Part shown: in pieces, positions 28,207 to 37,851 of the stretch
How positions within the stretch are numbered: the stretch's first letter is position 1
Layout: every line of letters begins with the position of its first letter
DNA from: Endomicrobiales bacterium
GTDB taxonomy: Bacteria > Elusimicrobiota > Endomicrobiia > Endomicrobiales > CAWCFT01
Assembly: GCA_963794945.1 (NCBI GenBank)
Contig: CAWCFT010000001.1
Coordinates: 128,001-192,000, forward strand
Direction of reading: 5' to 3'
Length of the DNA: 64,000 nucleotides
Made by a program: the position numbers and the translations under genes
The notes under the pieces: model-generated
What the model was told of the DNA's origin: nothing
The model's database searches: none
Seen by the model: the letters and a program-made list of their open reading frames with translations, nothing else

Positions 28207-29025
28207 TTATTTCCAGCTTACATCCATCTTGTTGCGTTTTGGTATCTGGTGGTATTTGTATTTTGGGAAGCCGACCATCATTGCTCCGGTGCAGGCGTCC
28301 TCTTCCGGTATGCCGAGCTCTTTTTTTACTTCCGGCGAATAGGTGGCTGCTATCCTTACGAAACCCGCCCAGCAGGTGCCGAGGCCAAAGGCCGGAGCGG
28401 CGAGGTCGAACGTGGCGAGTGTGATAGCCGAATCGCCCGCTGCCATCTGGTTATCTTTATTTGCGTGGGTTATTACAATATGCGGAGCGTTGCGGCAGAG
28501 AGCGTCGCAACCGTTGTCGTAATCTTTTATCAGCCACGAAAAATCCAGGGCGGCTGCTATGGGAAGGTTTTTTTCAACAGCGGAGCGCATCCAATCGATA
28601 ATCGTCTTTGTAAGCGCTTTTACTTTAGCCGTGTCATGCACCACTATCCAGCGCACAGGCTGGGCGTTCATGGCCGTAGGCGCGTAGCGGGCGGCGTCCA
28701 GCACTTCTTCTAAAGTTTTTTTGGGGACCGGTTTTTGAAGGTAGGCCCGCACTGAGCGCCTGAAGCGGATATAGCTGCCTATCTGCTCGGCAGGTACGGC
28801 GTGTATCTTGCCGGATGACATGGCCTTCTCGAGCAGCGGCGACGTTACGTTTGCCGCGCCATTGGGGCAGACGGCTTCGCAGTGCCCGCAGAACAGGCAG
28901 TTTACGGCGTCGTCCGGCAAAACCACAGGATAACCGCCCTTATCGATAGTTATGATCTCCGCCGGGCAAAGCTCCGTGCATGCCCCGCACCGGCTGCATT
29001 TTGTGTTGTCGAATACCGTCGTCAT
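28207..29025 (-). CDS. Nitroreductase with N-terminal 2x[4Fe-4S]
   Basis: Two CxxCxxCxxxCP, RRSVR, APTAMNAQP. Confidence 0.93.
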   Translation of the reverse strand: MTTVFDNTKCSRCGACTELCPAEIITIDKGGYPVVLPDDAVNCLFCGHCEAVCPNGAANVTSPLLEKAMSSGKIHAVPAEQIGSYIRFRRSVRAYLQKPVPKKTLEEVLDAARYAPTAMNAQPVRWIVVHDTAKVKALTKTIIDWMRSAVEKNLPIAAALDFSWLIKDYDNGCDALCRNAPHIVITHANKDNQMAAGDSAITLATFDLAAPAFGLGTCWAGFVRIAATYSPEVKKELGIPEEDACTGAMMVGFPKYKYHQIPKRNKMDVSWK

Positions 29026-29048
29026 GTTCTCTCCATATTTAAAAGCAT

Positions 29049-29879
29049 TTATTTAACCTTTATAAAACCCTGCTGGTCGACAATTTTCTGGCCGTTATCT
29101 CCGAGCACGAAGCCGAGGAAATCTTTGACAATACCCGACGGAGCGCCGTTTAGATACAAAAGCAGCGGGCGAGCGTACGGGTACTTGCCGGACAACACGA
29201 CCTCTTTGGAAGGGGCAATACCGTCTATCTTCATTGTTTTTACGGCTTCCGTTATGTTGCCTATGCCCACGTAGCCTATCGCTCCGGGTGTTTTAGAGAC
29301 CATGTCCGCAACCGACTGGTTGGAATCCTTTATAACAGCGCTCTGAACCACATTGTTCTTAAACAAAGCCAGCTCGCTGAACGACTCGTGCGTGCCTGAC
29401 TTCTCGTCACGCGACACAACCGATATTTTTTCGTTCGCCCCGCCAACCTGCGACCAGTTGGAAGTTTTGCCTGTGAATATCTCGAAAACCTGGATTTTAT
29501 TAAGCGATTCTACCGGGTTTTTCGCGTTCACTATCACCACTATCCCGTCCATGGCAATGACGTGCGCCTTGATGTCGATCTTCTTAGACAGGGCATCGCT
29601 CAGTTCGGCCTCTTTTAGTGGCCTGGAAGACGCGCCGATGTCGCACGTGCACGCTATCAGCGAATTTATACCGGCGCCGGAACCGCCGCCGATCACCTTG
29701 ATGTCCGCGCCGGGGTTCCCTTTTTTAAATTCCGCCGCGCAGGACTGCATTATAGGCAGTATTGTAGTTGAACCTTCGACGACCAGCGAATTTTGTTTGC
29801 CCGCGACCCCTGAAACGATACCGCTTAAAACCAGCACTACAAACAGAACCGACACGAACACGGCAGCAGCTTTTTTCAT
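29049..29879 (-). CDS. pstS: Phosphate ABC transporter substrate-binding protein
   Basis: GSTT, GGGSG.GI, SSR, R..SGT, GAIGY. Confidence 0.9.
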   Translation of the reverse strand: MKKAAAVFVSVLFVVLVLSGIVSGVAGKQNSLVVEGSTTILPIMQSCAAEFKKGNPGADIKVIGGGSGAGINSLIACTCDIGASSRPLKEAELSDALSKKIDIKAHVIAMDGIVVIVNAKNPVESLNKIQVFEIFTGKTSNWSQVGGANEKISVVSRDEKSGTHESFSELALFKNNVVQSAVIKDSNQSVADMVSKTPGAIGYVGIGNITEAVKTMKIDGIAPSKEVVLSGKYPYARPLLLYLNGAPSGIVKDFLGFVLGDNGQKIVDQQGFIKVK

Positions 29880-29913
29880 ACCCGGCCTCCCTTATTTATG
29901 ATGCAACTGTTAC

Positions 29914-30354
29914 TTAATGTTCAGGTGAATTTGAGAAAATTGACAGCGCTATCCCGGCCGTCAGCGCCAGCGCGCCGTATAGCGAACCCTTCCACGGAGC
30001 GCCGGCTTTAGTGCTTTTGTACAGCATATAATTATTGATTGCCAGCCCCGAGCAGTATATCAGCGCTATCGAAGGGACCGCGTACCTGTAAAACACGTTT
30101 TGAACATAATAATTTACTACGGTGCAAACGATGAGCAGAATCGAGACCACAAGGAAGCCCAGCCCGCCAAGCCTGAGCAGTGAGAGTATTACAGGCTTGA
30201 GCGAAGGGTCTATCTCGTTCCAGTGTTTGCCCGCCGCCTGCTCGTGAAAAGGAAGGTACTTGTCGGCGAGCAGGCTTTTAACCGCCATCACCATGCTTAC
30301 TGTTCCGGTTAAAATATACAGCGCGGCAGGAATAATTTTTAGAATTTCACGCAT
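29914..30354 (-). CDS. Hypothetical membrane protein
   Basis: Four hydrophobic segments. Confidence 0.7.
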   Translation of the reverse strand: MREILKIIPAALYILTGTVSMVMAVKSLLADKYLPFHEQAAGKHWNEIDPSLKPVILSLLRLGGLGFLVVSILLIVCTVVNYYVQNVFYRYAVPSIALIYCSGLAINNYMLYKSTKAGAPWKGSLYGALALTAGIALSIFSNSPEH

Positions 30355-30415
30355 TTTTTTTCCTGGGACTGGCTCCCCCCGACCCACCTGCGGGCCATTT
30401 TACCTCTCAGAAATC

Positions 30416-30572
30416 AAAAACCACGCTGCTAAACAGTGTGGTTTCGTACGGCGTTTATGTTCGTATTAAAATGGTCGGACTGCAACAGGATGCTTGCACG
30501 CCAAGGTTCTCCCTATACCCGTTTGAAGTGAACAACTAAATCAAATATATCTCTTTGGAACTTGCATGTCAA
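30416..30572 (-). ncRNA. Candidate small-RNA unit A
   Basis: TTGACA-17-TATATT, spacer AAGTTCCAAAGAGA; ACCAC...GTGGTTTTT terminator. Confidence 0.65.
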
Positions 30573-30582
30573 CACTGGAGGT

Positions 30583-31173
30583 TTACAGCACGCGGCAGAC
30601 CAGCTCACCTTTGCCTATGGGGATCACGACAGCGTCCACGCGCGCGTCCGCCAGGACCTTATCTATGAACAGTTTTAGTTCTTCACCGTGGCTTATCACG
30701 TTGTCGGCCACAAGCATGCCCCCCTTCACCATTTTCGGAATGACGATATCATAGATGTCGCTGTAAACCTCTTTCTCGGCATCCAGGAAGCAGAATGATA
30801 TTTTATCGAGGCCGGCAAGGTTTATCTTAGCGTCGCCTTCGGTAAGCTCTACGGCGTCTTCGACGCGGGCGAGCCTGAATGTTTCCCTGGCGAGGCTGGC
30901 CTTTTCGGGCAGTATCTCAAACGTGTGTATCTTCCTTTTTAACTGCCTGCAGGCAAGCGACAGCCACAAGGTTGAATAACCTGCGCTGGTGCCCACTTCG
31001 ACGGCTTTGCCTTCCGGCGAGGAGGCGAGCAGTATCGCAAGGAATTTGCCGGTTTCGGCCGGTACCTGCCTGAGCCGCTTTAGCTTCGGAGTGCCGTCCT
31101 TGCGGTCCCTGGCGTCTATAGCCGAAAGGTACTCCATGCGCTCGCGTATCTCCACAGATATGGACTTGAACAT
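30583..31173 (-). CDS. O-methyltransferase (YrrM-like)
   Basis: [24 protein letters not shown]. Confidence 0.92.
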   Translation of the reverse strand: MFKSISVEIRERMEYLSAIDARDRKDGTPKLKRLRQVPAETGKFLAILLASSPEGKAVEVGTSAGYSTLWLSLACRQLKRKIHTFEILPEKASLARETFRLARVEDAVELTEGDAKINLAGLDKISFCFLDAEKEVYSDIYDIVIPKMVKGGMLVADNVISHGEELKLFIDKVLADARVDAVVIPIGKGELVCRVL

Positions 31174-31201
31174 TGGAACCTCTTTTTTGTGCGCTAACAG
31201 G

Positions 31202-31729
31202 TCATTTTCTCAGTATCTTCGGCAGGTGGTGTACGATTATTTTCTCAACAACCTTTCCTCCGGTCGCCGCGTCTTTGCCGGTCAGCTCCAGGTAGTGCAC
31301 TATAGGGAACGGAATCATTTCTGTCTCGTTAATATATATATCGCTAAGATATGCGGGCTTGCCGTTTATATCTGTCACCGCAGAAACGCCGTCCGGACTT
31401 TCAACAACTTTAATGTCCTTCTTCTTAAAACCCTTCACAACAAGCCGATACGCCTTAACGTTATCGTCGTAGCTGCACTTAAAACCGTATCCCAGCTTAT
31501 CGAAAGCGCCCAGCTCTTCCCTTCCGCCATTTTTTGCAAGCAGTACCCAGTAAGCCTCGACCGGCTTTTGGGGGTCGATCTTCCCATCGGGACCGATATT
31601 CACGTCGTAGTGGACCTCATTCGCGTTCTTGCTGCGGCGTATGACGAACAGCGGTTTTGACAGCGCGAAAGCGTCGGCTGCGTTTATAAGCAATACTAAG
31701 GCTAGTATTATATTTTTAACGTTCGCCAT
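31202..31729 (-). CDS. DUF4833-like exported protein
   Basis: [19 protein letters not shown]. Confidence 0.75.
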   Translation of the reverse strand: MANVKNIILALVLLINAADAFALSKPLFVIRRSKNANEVHYDVNIGPDGKIDPQKPVEAYWVLLAKNGGREELGAFDKLGYGFKCSYDDNVKAYRLVVKGFKKKDIKVVESPDGVSAVTDINGKPAYLSDIYINETEMIPFPIVHYLELTGKDAATGGKVVEKIIVHHLPKILRK

Positions 31730-31732
31730 GGG

Positions 31733-32092
31733 TTATCTTTCTTCTATTTTCCTTACTTCAACGCTCGTACCTTTACCTTGAAGAATAGGGCAGTCTCTCG
31801 CTGTCTTTACGGCCTCACCAAAGTTAGCGGCTTTGATAAGTATGTAGCCGACGACGGATTTATTCTTTTTGGTGTAGGGCCCATCCTTGATAACGTTTTT
31901 CGGCTTTAACACTTTCCCTTCCGCCGACAAATGATGACCGCCGGTCGCAAGCCTGTTCTTTGACGCGATGCTCTTGACCCATTTGTCCCACTGCGCCATG
32001 TAAACCTTCATCTGTTCGGCTGAAGGCTGGGCCCCTTTTGTGGTAATGTCCATACGGAACAGCAGTATGTATTCAGCTAATGTTTTCTTCAT
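31733..32092 (-). CDS. YciI/DGPF family protein
   Basis: DGPY, VGYILI.A, CP, VEVR. Confidence 0.88.
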   Translation of the reverse strand: MKKTLAEYILLFRMDITTKGAQPSAEQMKVYMAQWDKWVKSIASKNRLATGGHHLSAEGKVLKPKNVIKDGPYTKKNKSVVGYILIKAANFGEAVKTARDCPILQGKGTSVEVRKIEER

Positions 32093-32174
32093 GGTTTCTT
32101 CCTTTTTATCAGATTTATGCGAGGAGATAAACATTTATATCTATTTGGCAGGGCCGTGTCAAGAAAAATGCTTT

Positions 32175-33131
32175 CTAAGCCTTTATCCCGAATTTTTCTT
32201 CAAGGTACGGCAGGTCGTTTAACACGTAGGTCATAACATAGCCGCGCCACTTGCCCCAGAGCTTTTCAGCGGCGCGGGTGGTTTTATCTATAAGCTCGCG
32301 CGGGTTACTGCCTTTCGGGACGGGCCTGCCGAATATGAGGCGGTGGAATATCTTCACGCTCCAGACGTCAAGCGAAAAGCTCGAGTGCGGGTCGGCGAAG
32401 CTGGCCGAGTATTCCCCAACGCCGAAAAGCTCCATCAGCCTGCGCTTGGACTCTTCGGGTGTCATTTCTGAAAGCTCCTCCGCGCTCGGGAACCCCTTTA
32501 CCAGCTGATTGGCAAGCTTGACGAGGTTCTTTGCCCTGTAGCCGAGCTTGCATTTTTCAAGCTCGCGCCTGGGCGCGGAGGCGATAGACTCTTCCGTGGG
32601 CCAGAGCTGTATCACGGCGTTGTCGAACTTTATCACCTCGCCGTATTTCCGTATCAGGCAGTCCCACATCGACTGCGAGCGCTTTATAGGCGCCATTTGC
32701 AGGAGCACGGCCAGAGTCAAAGACGGGAATATATCGCTGCCCCAGGCTTCCCTCATACCGTAAAGTCTGCGGACTAGGTGTTTGAGCACCCTGTCTTTGC
32801 GCATCATCTTATAGAGCTGGGTTATGTCTTCTTCGGCCCCCAGCGCCTTGACAAGCATGGCACGGATCTTCATGAGGTCCTTCATGCCAAGCTTTTTGGG
32901 TGCGAATACGTCGAAGGCTATCTCGTATTTCCCCGCGCACGCGCGGATGCCGAGAGGGAGCTTTTTGCCGTTTTCCAGCTTATACCAGAACCCGGTCCTC
33001 ACCGTGCCGTCTTTCCACTCTTCGAAAGGCGTGAACCAGTGCCAGCCCGCCGGCTTTTTAACCGTTAGCTCGAAGTTGTACGGCTGTACCGGCGTGATTT
33101 TAAAGCTTGCAGCGCGCCTAAGGTTATGCAT
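32175..33131 (-). CDS. HhH-GPD DNA glycosylase (AlkA-like)
   Basis: LGYRAK, LFGVGEYSA, DVW, WGKWRGY. Confidence 0.85.
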   Translation of the reverse strand: MHNLRRAASFKITPVQPYNFELTVKKPAGWHWFTPFEEWKDGTVRTGFWYKLENGKKLPLGIRACAGKYEIAFDVFAPKKLGMKDLMKIRAMLVKALGAEEDITQLYKMMRKDRVLKHLVRRLYGMREAWGSDIFPSLTLAVLLQMAPIKRSQSMWDCLIRKYGEVIKFDNAVIQLWPTEESIASAPRRELEKCKLGYRAKNLVKLANQLVKGFPSAEELSEMTPEESKRRLMELFGVGEYSASFADPHSSFSLDVWSVKIFHRLIFGRPVPKGSNPRELIDKTTRAAEKLWGKWRGYVMTYVLNDLPYLEEKFGIKA

Positions 33132-33801
33132 GTTGATTCAGGTTAAATTTGGTTGCCTTTATGAGCCTGGCCCCCATATCGAACGCTTTCTGGCAGTCTA
33201 ACGGAAATATATCCCTTCTGCGTTTTGATTTTTCAGCGCCATCGAAAGACATGACATTGTATTTTTCATAGTCGTCGAACTGCAGTGTGTCGGTAACGTA
33301 AAGCGACTGGACTTCCTTGCAGAGCAAGTTGCGCTTTATAGGCGCTTCTATCGCGCCGAGCGTGTCCTTGTAACCCCTGGCCTTAAGGCCCTCTTCGTTT
33401 ATGTTCATCGTGTATATTAGGCCCGCCTGGATAGGCTTCACCCGCGTGGTGGAATAATTGGTGTCGTAAAGCAAGTATTGGAATAAAAGCCGCTCGATGA
33501 ACGACCTCATTGCCCCAGTCACCATTCCGAAATAGATGGGTGAACCGAGTATGAGGGCGTCAGCTTCTTCGATCTTCGTCAATACAGGTTTAAGCCCGTC
33601 CTGCACGACGCAATGGCCGAAACTCCCACCGGACCTGAGCTTGCAGGCAAAACAGCTTATGCAGCCTTTGTAGTCTAGGTCATAGAGGTGGACAAGCTCG
33701 GACTCGGCGCCAGCAGAAGCGGCGCCTTCCAGTGCCTTCTCGAGCAGGGTGGCCGTGTTCCATTTTTTTCTCGGGCTTCCGTTAATGGCTATCGCTTTCA
33801 T
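33124..33801 (-). CDS. Iron-sulfur flavoprotein / flavodoxin-fold protein
   Basis: GSPRKKWNT, CISCFAC, GSPIYFG. Confidence 0.92.
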   Translation of the reverse strand: MKAIAINGSPRKKWNTATLLEKALEGAASAGAESELVHLYDLDYKGCISCFACKLRSGGSFGHCVVQDGLKPVLTKIEEADALILGSPIYFGMVTGAMRSFIERLLFQYLLYDTNYSTTRVKPIQAGLIYTMNINEEGLKARGYKDTLGAIEAPIKRNLLCKEVQSLYVTDTLQFDDYEKYNVMSFDGAEKSKRRRDIFPLDCQKAFDMGARLIKATKFNLNQHA

Positions 33802-33839
33802 TGTTGTCTCCTTATCATTTTACTGCGTGCCGGAAATTG

Positions 33840-33984
33840 AAAAGCCACGCTGCGATCCGCAGAGTGGCCTTGTTAAAAGGTTATTTAGTTATCCATGAGA
33901 TATATAACAAGACCATCAGCGCCTTACCCAAAACCCAGCGCGCGTCTTCAAGTTAAATATATCTCTTTGGAACTTATCTGTCAA
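33840..33984 (-). ncRNA. Candidate small-RNA unit C
   Basis: TTGACA-17-TATATT, spacer AAGTTCCAAAGAGA; GCCAC...GTGGC hairpin plus T-run. Confidence 0.6.
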
Positions 33985-34009
33985 CCATGCCTCTCTATAT
34001 ATGTTATCG

Positions 34010-34567
34010 TCACCTGTTTTTCATAACTTCTTCAAGTAGCGCCTTAGGAACAAAGGGCTTTGGCAGGAACGCGTCGGCCCCCGCCTGTATTACCTTACGT
34101 TTTGTAGCTTCGTTGTTGCTGCCTGAGATCGCAATAACCTTGATATTTGGGTCCCTTTGCTTGATTGCCCGGCACACTTCGTAGCCGTTAATGCCGGGGA
34201 GCTTGATGTCAAGTATAACTATGTCGGGTCCAAACTGATTGAGCTTGTCGCCGGCTTCGAACCCGGTGAGCGCGTTGTCCGTTTCATATTCAAAATCAAG
34301 GGCTTTAAGCACCCTTTCGATGTATTCAACTATGGGCTGTTCGTCATCCACTATCAATATTTTCTCAGCCATTCCGGAGATTTCTTCCGGAATAGGGAAC
34401 TTGTTCTTTTTAAGGAATTCTACAAGATCCTGCTTGGATATCCTTCTGTGACCGCCAAGCGTTTTATGAGCTTTCAGCTTACCCGACTCTACCCAGTCCA
34501 CGATAGTCGTAACCCCCACGCCACACATATCGCTAATGTCGAACGTCGTGTAAAATCTCTTTTCCAT
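34010..34567 (-). CDS. Excisionase-like (HTH_17) DNA-binding domain + receiver domain
   Basis: W..SG.L.A.KTLGGHRRI; ILIVDDE, LDI.LP, KP. Confidence 0.9.
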   Translation of the reverse strand: MEKRFYTTFDISDMCGVGVTTIVDWVESGKLKAHKTLGGHRRISKQDLVEFLKKNKFPIPEEISGMAEKILIVDDEQPIVEYIERVLKALDFEYETDNALTGFEAGDKLNQFGPDIVILDIKLPGINGYEVCRAIKQRDPNIKVIAISGSNNEATKRKVIQAGADAFLPKPFVPKALLEEVMKNR

Positions 34568-34770
34568 GGCTCACCTCGTTTAAGGTACATTTGTTGATTT
34601 AGTGGTTTTTGTTGTTTCCGCTATATTAATAGCAGACGAAAACGATGATGTCAATGCATTATTTCGCGAGAGGGACCAACCGCGCGGAAGATGTTAAGAA
34701 CAAAAATATAACCGTTACCACTTAACAGGTGATAACGGTCTTTATGATATGCTTTTAAAAGCCGTGAGGC

Positions 34771-35265
34771 CTACTCAACCGCAGCGAACGCAAGCTCATC
34801 GGCGAGTTTATCCAGCGACGTGCTCCAGCCTTCTCTTGTCATGGCGGCGTCGCCGTCGGTCGGGAAACCAGAGTGGCGCAGCGTGAGCTTTGTTTGTCCG
34901 TCTTGCTCTTCGAACGTTACGGTTACCACCAGTTCCTTCGGCCATATCCCCTTCATGCCGTAAAATGCCGCTGGTATTATATTGCCGGCACTGTCTGAAA
35001 AGCTGTCGGTGGCAACTATACGCTCGTTAGGGGTTATCTCTTTGTATTTACCAGTACTCCAGTATTCTTTGCCATCAGGCGAACGCTTGCAGTAGAGGTA
35101 AGAACCTCCGACCCGCAAGTCTATGTTCGCATAAGGAGCGGTAAACTCTTTCGGCCCCCACCAGCGCCGGACGTATTCGGGGTCCGTCCATGCCCTCCAG
35201 ACGACCTCTTTTGGCGCCGCGAAAACGCGCGTTATCAGTACCTCAGATTTTTTAGTTTCATTCAT
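34771..35265 (-). CDS. SRPBCC/AHSA1 family protein
   Basis: VWRAWTDPE...WWGP, DLRVGG, GW...LDKL. Confidence 0.92.
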   Translation of the reverse strand: MNETKKSEVLITRVFAAPKEVVWRAWTDPEYVRRWWGPKEFTAPYANIDLRVGGSYLYCKRSPDGKEYWSTGKYKEITPNERIVATDSFSDSAGNIIPAAFYGMKGIWPKELVVTVTFEEQDGQTKLTLRHSGFPTDGDAAMTREGWSTSLDKLADELAFAAVE

Positions 35266-35512
35266 ATGGCCATCCTTATTCGATTATTTTTGCCTGTATT
35301 TATATTTCCAGCCTGCTGCCTGCATAATGAGGAAATGGTCGCCTTCCATATCTTTGACTCCGGCAAACCGGGAAGCCTCCTCAAATCCATTAAATAATTT
35401 TATCCCGGAAGACGTCAATAGAAATGTAGAAAGCAGTTAGAACTTGTGCGAATCGGATTGCAGTGGGTGTTTTAAAAGGAAAGTGTTAAATTATCGAAAT
35501 AAACAGCTCTAC

Positions 35513-35998
35513 CTAGGAGACTATCTTGGACATCTCTTTTTCGACGGCGGTTAAGACGCTTTCGCCGGCTTTCGCTTCGATTATGGGATAGAGGCGCTCG
35601 TCTTCGTATTCTGCGTGTTTGATCAGAGCGAATATGGTATCATTGACCAGGTCCATAAAGCATTCTTTGAGCTCGCTGGTCTTACAAGTTTCCATTTTGG
35701 CGGCCGTTTCTTTTATCTTTTCAAAGCTGTTCTTCAGCTTTTTGTGTTCTTCCAGTATCCTTTCCATGCTTGAAATCTCTTCTGCGTTTAAGCTCCTGCT
35801 ATCCAATAAAGCGTTTATTAACACTTCTTCGTAAATGAAATGTACTGGTATATGCTTGTAGAAGAAGACCAGCGAATCGTATATATCTTCATAAAAATTG
35901 GATTTGTCGTGCCTGAGTATGAAATCCGTCAAGAACGCGGTTTTTTCTTTGCCTTCGTTGTGTGTCCTGTAAACAAGGTTCAGCGCTTTGTTCCCCAT
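35513..35998 (-). CDS. Hemerythrin-like protein, paralog 3
   Basis: HFIYEE, EEH, HAEYED..LYP. Confidence 0.8.
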   Translation of the reverse strand: MGNKALNLVYRTHNEGKEKTAFLTDFILRHDKSNFYEDIYDSLVFFYKHIPVHFIYEEVLINALLDSRSLNAEEISSMERILEEHKKLKNSFEKIKETAAKMETCKTSELKECFMDLVNDTIFALIKHAEYEDERLYPIIEAKAGESVLTAVEKEMSKIVS

Positions 35999-36173
35999 GA
36001 AAACCTCTCCGTTTTCCGGGCTCCAGCATTACGTTAGGCATATATCTTAGTAACCGGTCTGTCAAACAGACGGAGAAAGCCACAACACATCCGTCTTAAA
36101 ACACGGGTCCTCGTGACGCTGAAGAAAACTGCTAGCCTGACAGAAAGAATTTCAAGTAATGTTTTCTTCCTAT

Positions 36174-36854
36174 TTACTTCATCGCTATCTGCGTTACATC
36201 GTTCTGCTGGTCGAACTGCAATATTTCAACAAGATACACCCACCCGGCAGCACCCTTAAATGTTCCGTCGAGAACTCGAACCTTGGCGTATACCGCATCC
36301 TTATTAAGAACAAGTAGCTTGGTATTGTAATCCAGGTTAAGCATCCTTTTTTCCTTGAACATATTGCTTATTTCATACTTGTCGCCAATCTTATAGCTGT
36401 GGTAAAACAGTTTTACTTCATCGACATCCTTACAGAAAGGTATAAAGCTGTCCTTCGGCACGCTGACTGCGACCGTGCTCCCTTCGTGGTATTTCATGAA
36501 AGCTTTCGCTTGCAAAACAATTTCGTGTTGCTTGTTGTAATGCCATGACGCACCACCAACTGCCACCATCACTGCCATTACGAGCAGTATGGACACAGAT
36601 TTTTCCAATACATTCCGCATTGAAACACTATTCTTTGCGCCATCCATTTTTACTTTTGCTGCGAAGATATCCAGCTTAGGCTTAAGGTCGTCCGAGGACA
36701 TACCATGAGTGTGGTGCGTAAAACCCGCTTCCACTATCTTCGGCTGGAATTTTGAATCTTTACCCTGAGAAACCAACACGGCTTTGCACTGTGAGCAGTG
36801 TTTACTGCCTTCAGCATTAACCTTCTTGCACTTCGGGCACGTGATCTTCTCCAT
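36174..36854 (-). CDS. Zinc-ribbon single-pass membrane protein
   Basis: CPKC..CSQC, one TM, SH3-like C-terminus (GWV). Confidence 0.7.
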   Translation of the reverse strand: MEKITCPKCKKVNAEGSKHCSQCKAVLVSQGKDSKFQPKIVEAGFTHHTHGMSSDDLKPKLDIFAAKVKMDGAKNSVSMRNVLEKSVSILLVMAVMVAVGGASWHYNKQHEIVLQAKAFMKYHEGSTVAVSVPKDSFIPFCKDVDEVKLFYHSYKIGDKYEISNMFKEKRMLNLDYNTKLLVLNKDAVYAKVRVLDGTFKGAAGWVYLVEILQFDQQNDVTQIAMK

Positions 36855-36901
36855 AATTCCTCCTTAAATTATATATTTGCACGGTTGTGCATCCTAAAAA
36901 T

Positions 36902-37047
36902 AAAAAACACATCCTAAAAAAGCGATGTGTTCACCTATGATCGAAGCCCGCGCCGTGCACCGGGACTCCTTATTTCATCTCTACAACAGATACCGGGGTC
37001 ATGCTTTAGCACGGCTTTATTATACAATATAATTTTAAAAATGTAAA
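36902..37047 (-). promoter_or_regulatory. Promoter, structured leader and terminator (attenuator candidate)
   Basis: TTTACA-17-TATAAT; GCCGTGC/GCACGGC stem; AACACATC/GATGTGTT plus T-run. Confidence 0.55.
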
Positions 37048-37077
37048 CTTTATCTTAAATGTTGTTTATGGTACAGT

Positions 37078-37851
37078 CTATTTCAAACGGATGTCCGATA
37101 GCCTGACAAACCCGTAGCCTCGGGCCTTCAACTCGGGGATAGCAGCGATAATACCTTTTCCTGTTTCTTTTTCCGGGTGATTGACATGGAAGATAACTAT
37201 AGAACCCGGAGGAGAACTCAATAATGCTTTTTTGACCTGCGCTTTGTTGTATGTAGCGCCAGCGTCGCCCAGCACGCTGAAACCGGCTATTTTGTAGCCG
37301 AGCTGGTGTATTATCTCTACGGCGTATTCGTCGTAATAGGCCGTGCCCGAACGGTAATATTCGGGTTTTTTGCCGGTGAGTTTTTCTATTTTCTCGGAGT
37401 TAAGCTCAACCTCATCAACCAATTCTGCCGGCGATCCGGTGCCTTTGAGGCCGTAAACTGAATTCCCGTTTACCGAAGATGGCATATGGTTCATACCGTG
37501 GTTCTCTATTTCGAATAGGTTATTCGATGCTATCTTTTTGAACTCTTCGGGATGCCTGTCTATCCACCTGCCGCTTATAAAAAATGTTGCCGGGATCTTG
37601 TTTTTTACAAGGTAATCGAAAAGTTTCAAATCAAATCCATCGTTTTTCGAGCCGCATGCATCAAAGGTAAGTGCTATTACCTTGTCTTTCGTGTCAAGCT
37701 TTTTCAGGACGCCTTCGACGTTCTCACCCCACTGTTTTGGTGAAACACCGGCATATTGCTTGCTTATCCTGTCTTTAAGGATCGTATATTCTTCGCAGAA
37801 CGCAGGCATTATGAATGCAGCCATTAGTAGTGTTATCAGAACGCGCTTCAT
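37078..37851 (-). CDS. Polysaccharide deacetylase family protein
   Basis: ALTFDAC, ATFF, IENHG..H, VIFH. Confidence 0.9.
   Translation of the reverse strand: MKRVLITLLMAAFIMPAFCEEYTILKDRISKQYAGVSPKQWGENVEGVLKKLDTKDKVIALTFDACGSKNDGFDLKLFDYLVKNKIPATFFISGRWIDRHPEEFKKIASNNLFEIENHGMNHMPSSVNGNSVYGLKGTGSPAELVDEVELNSEKIEKLTGKKPEYYRSGTAYYDEYAVEIIHQLGYKIAGFSVLGDAGATYNKAQVKKALLSSPPGSIVIFHVNHPEKETGKGIIAAIPELKARGYGFVRLSDIRLK

Noticed and set aside
35285..35420. Leader or 21-aa ORF upstream of the SRPBCC gene
   Set aside because: Only short stems, no terminator and no second copy.
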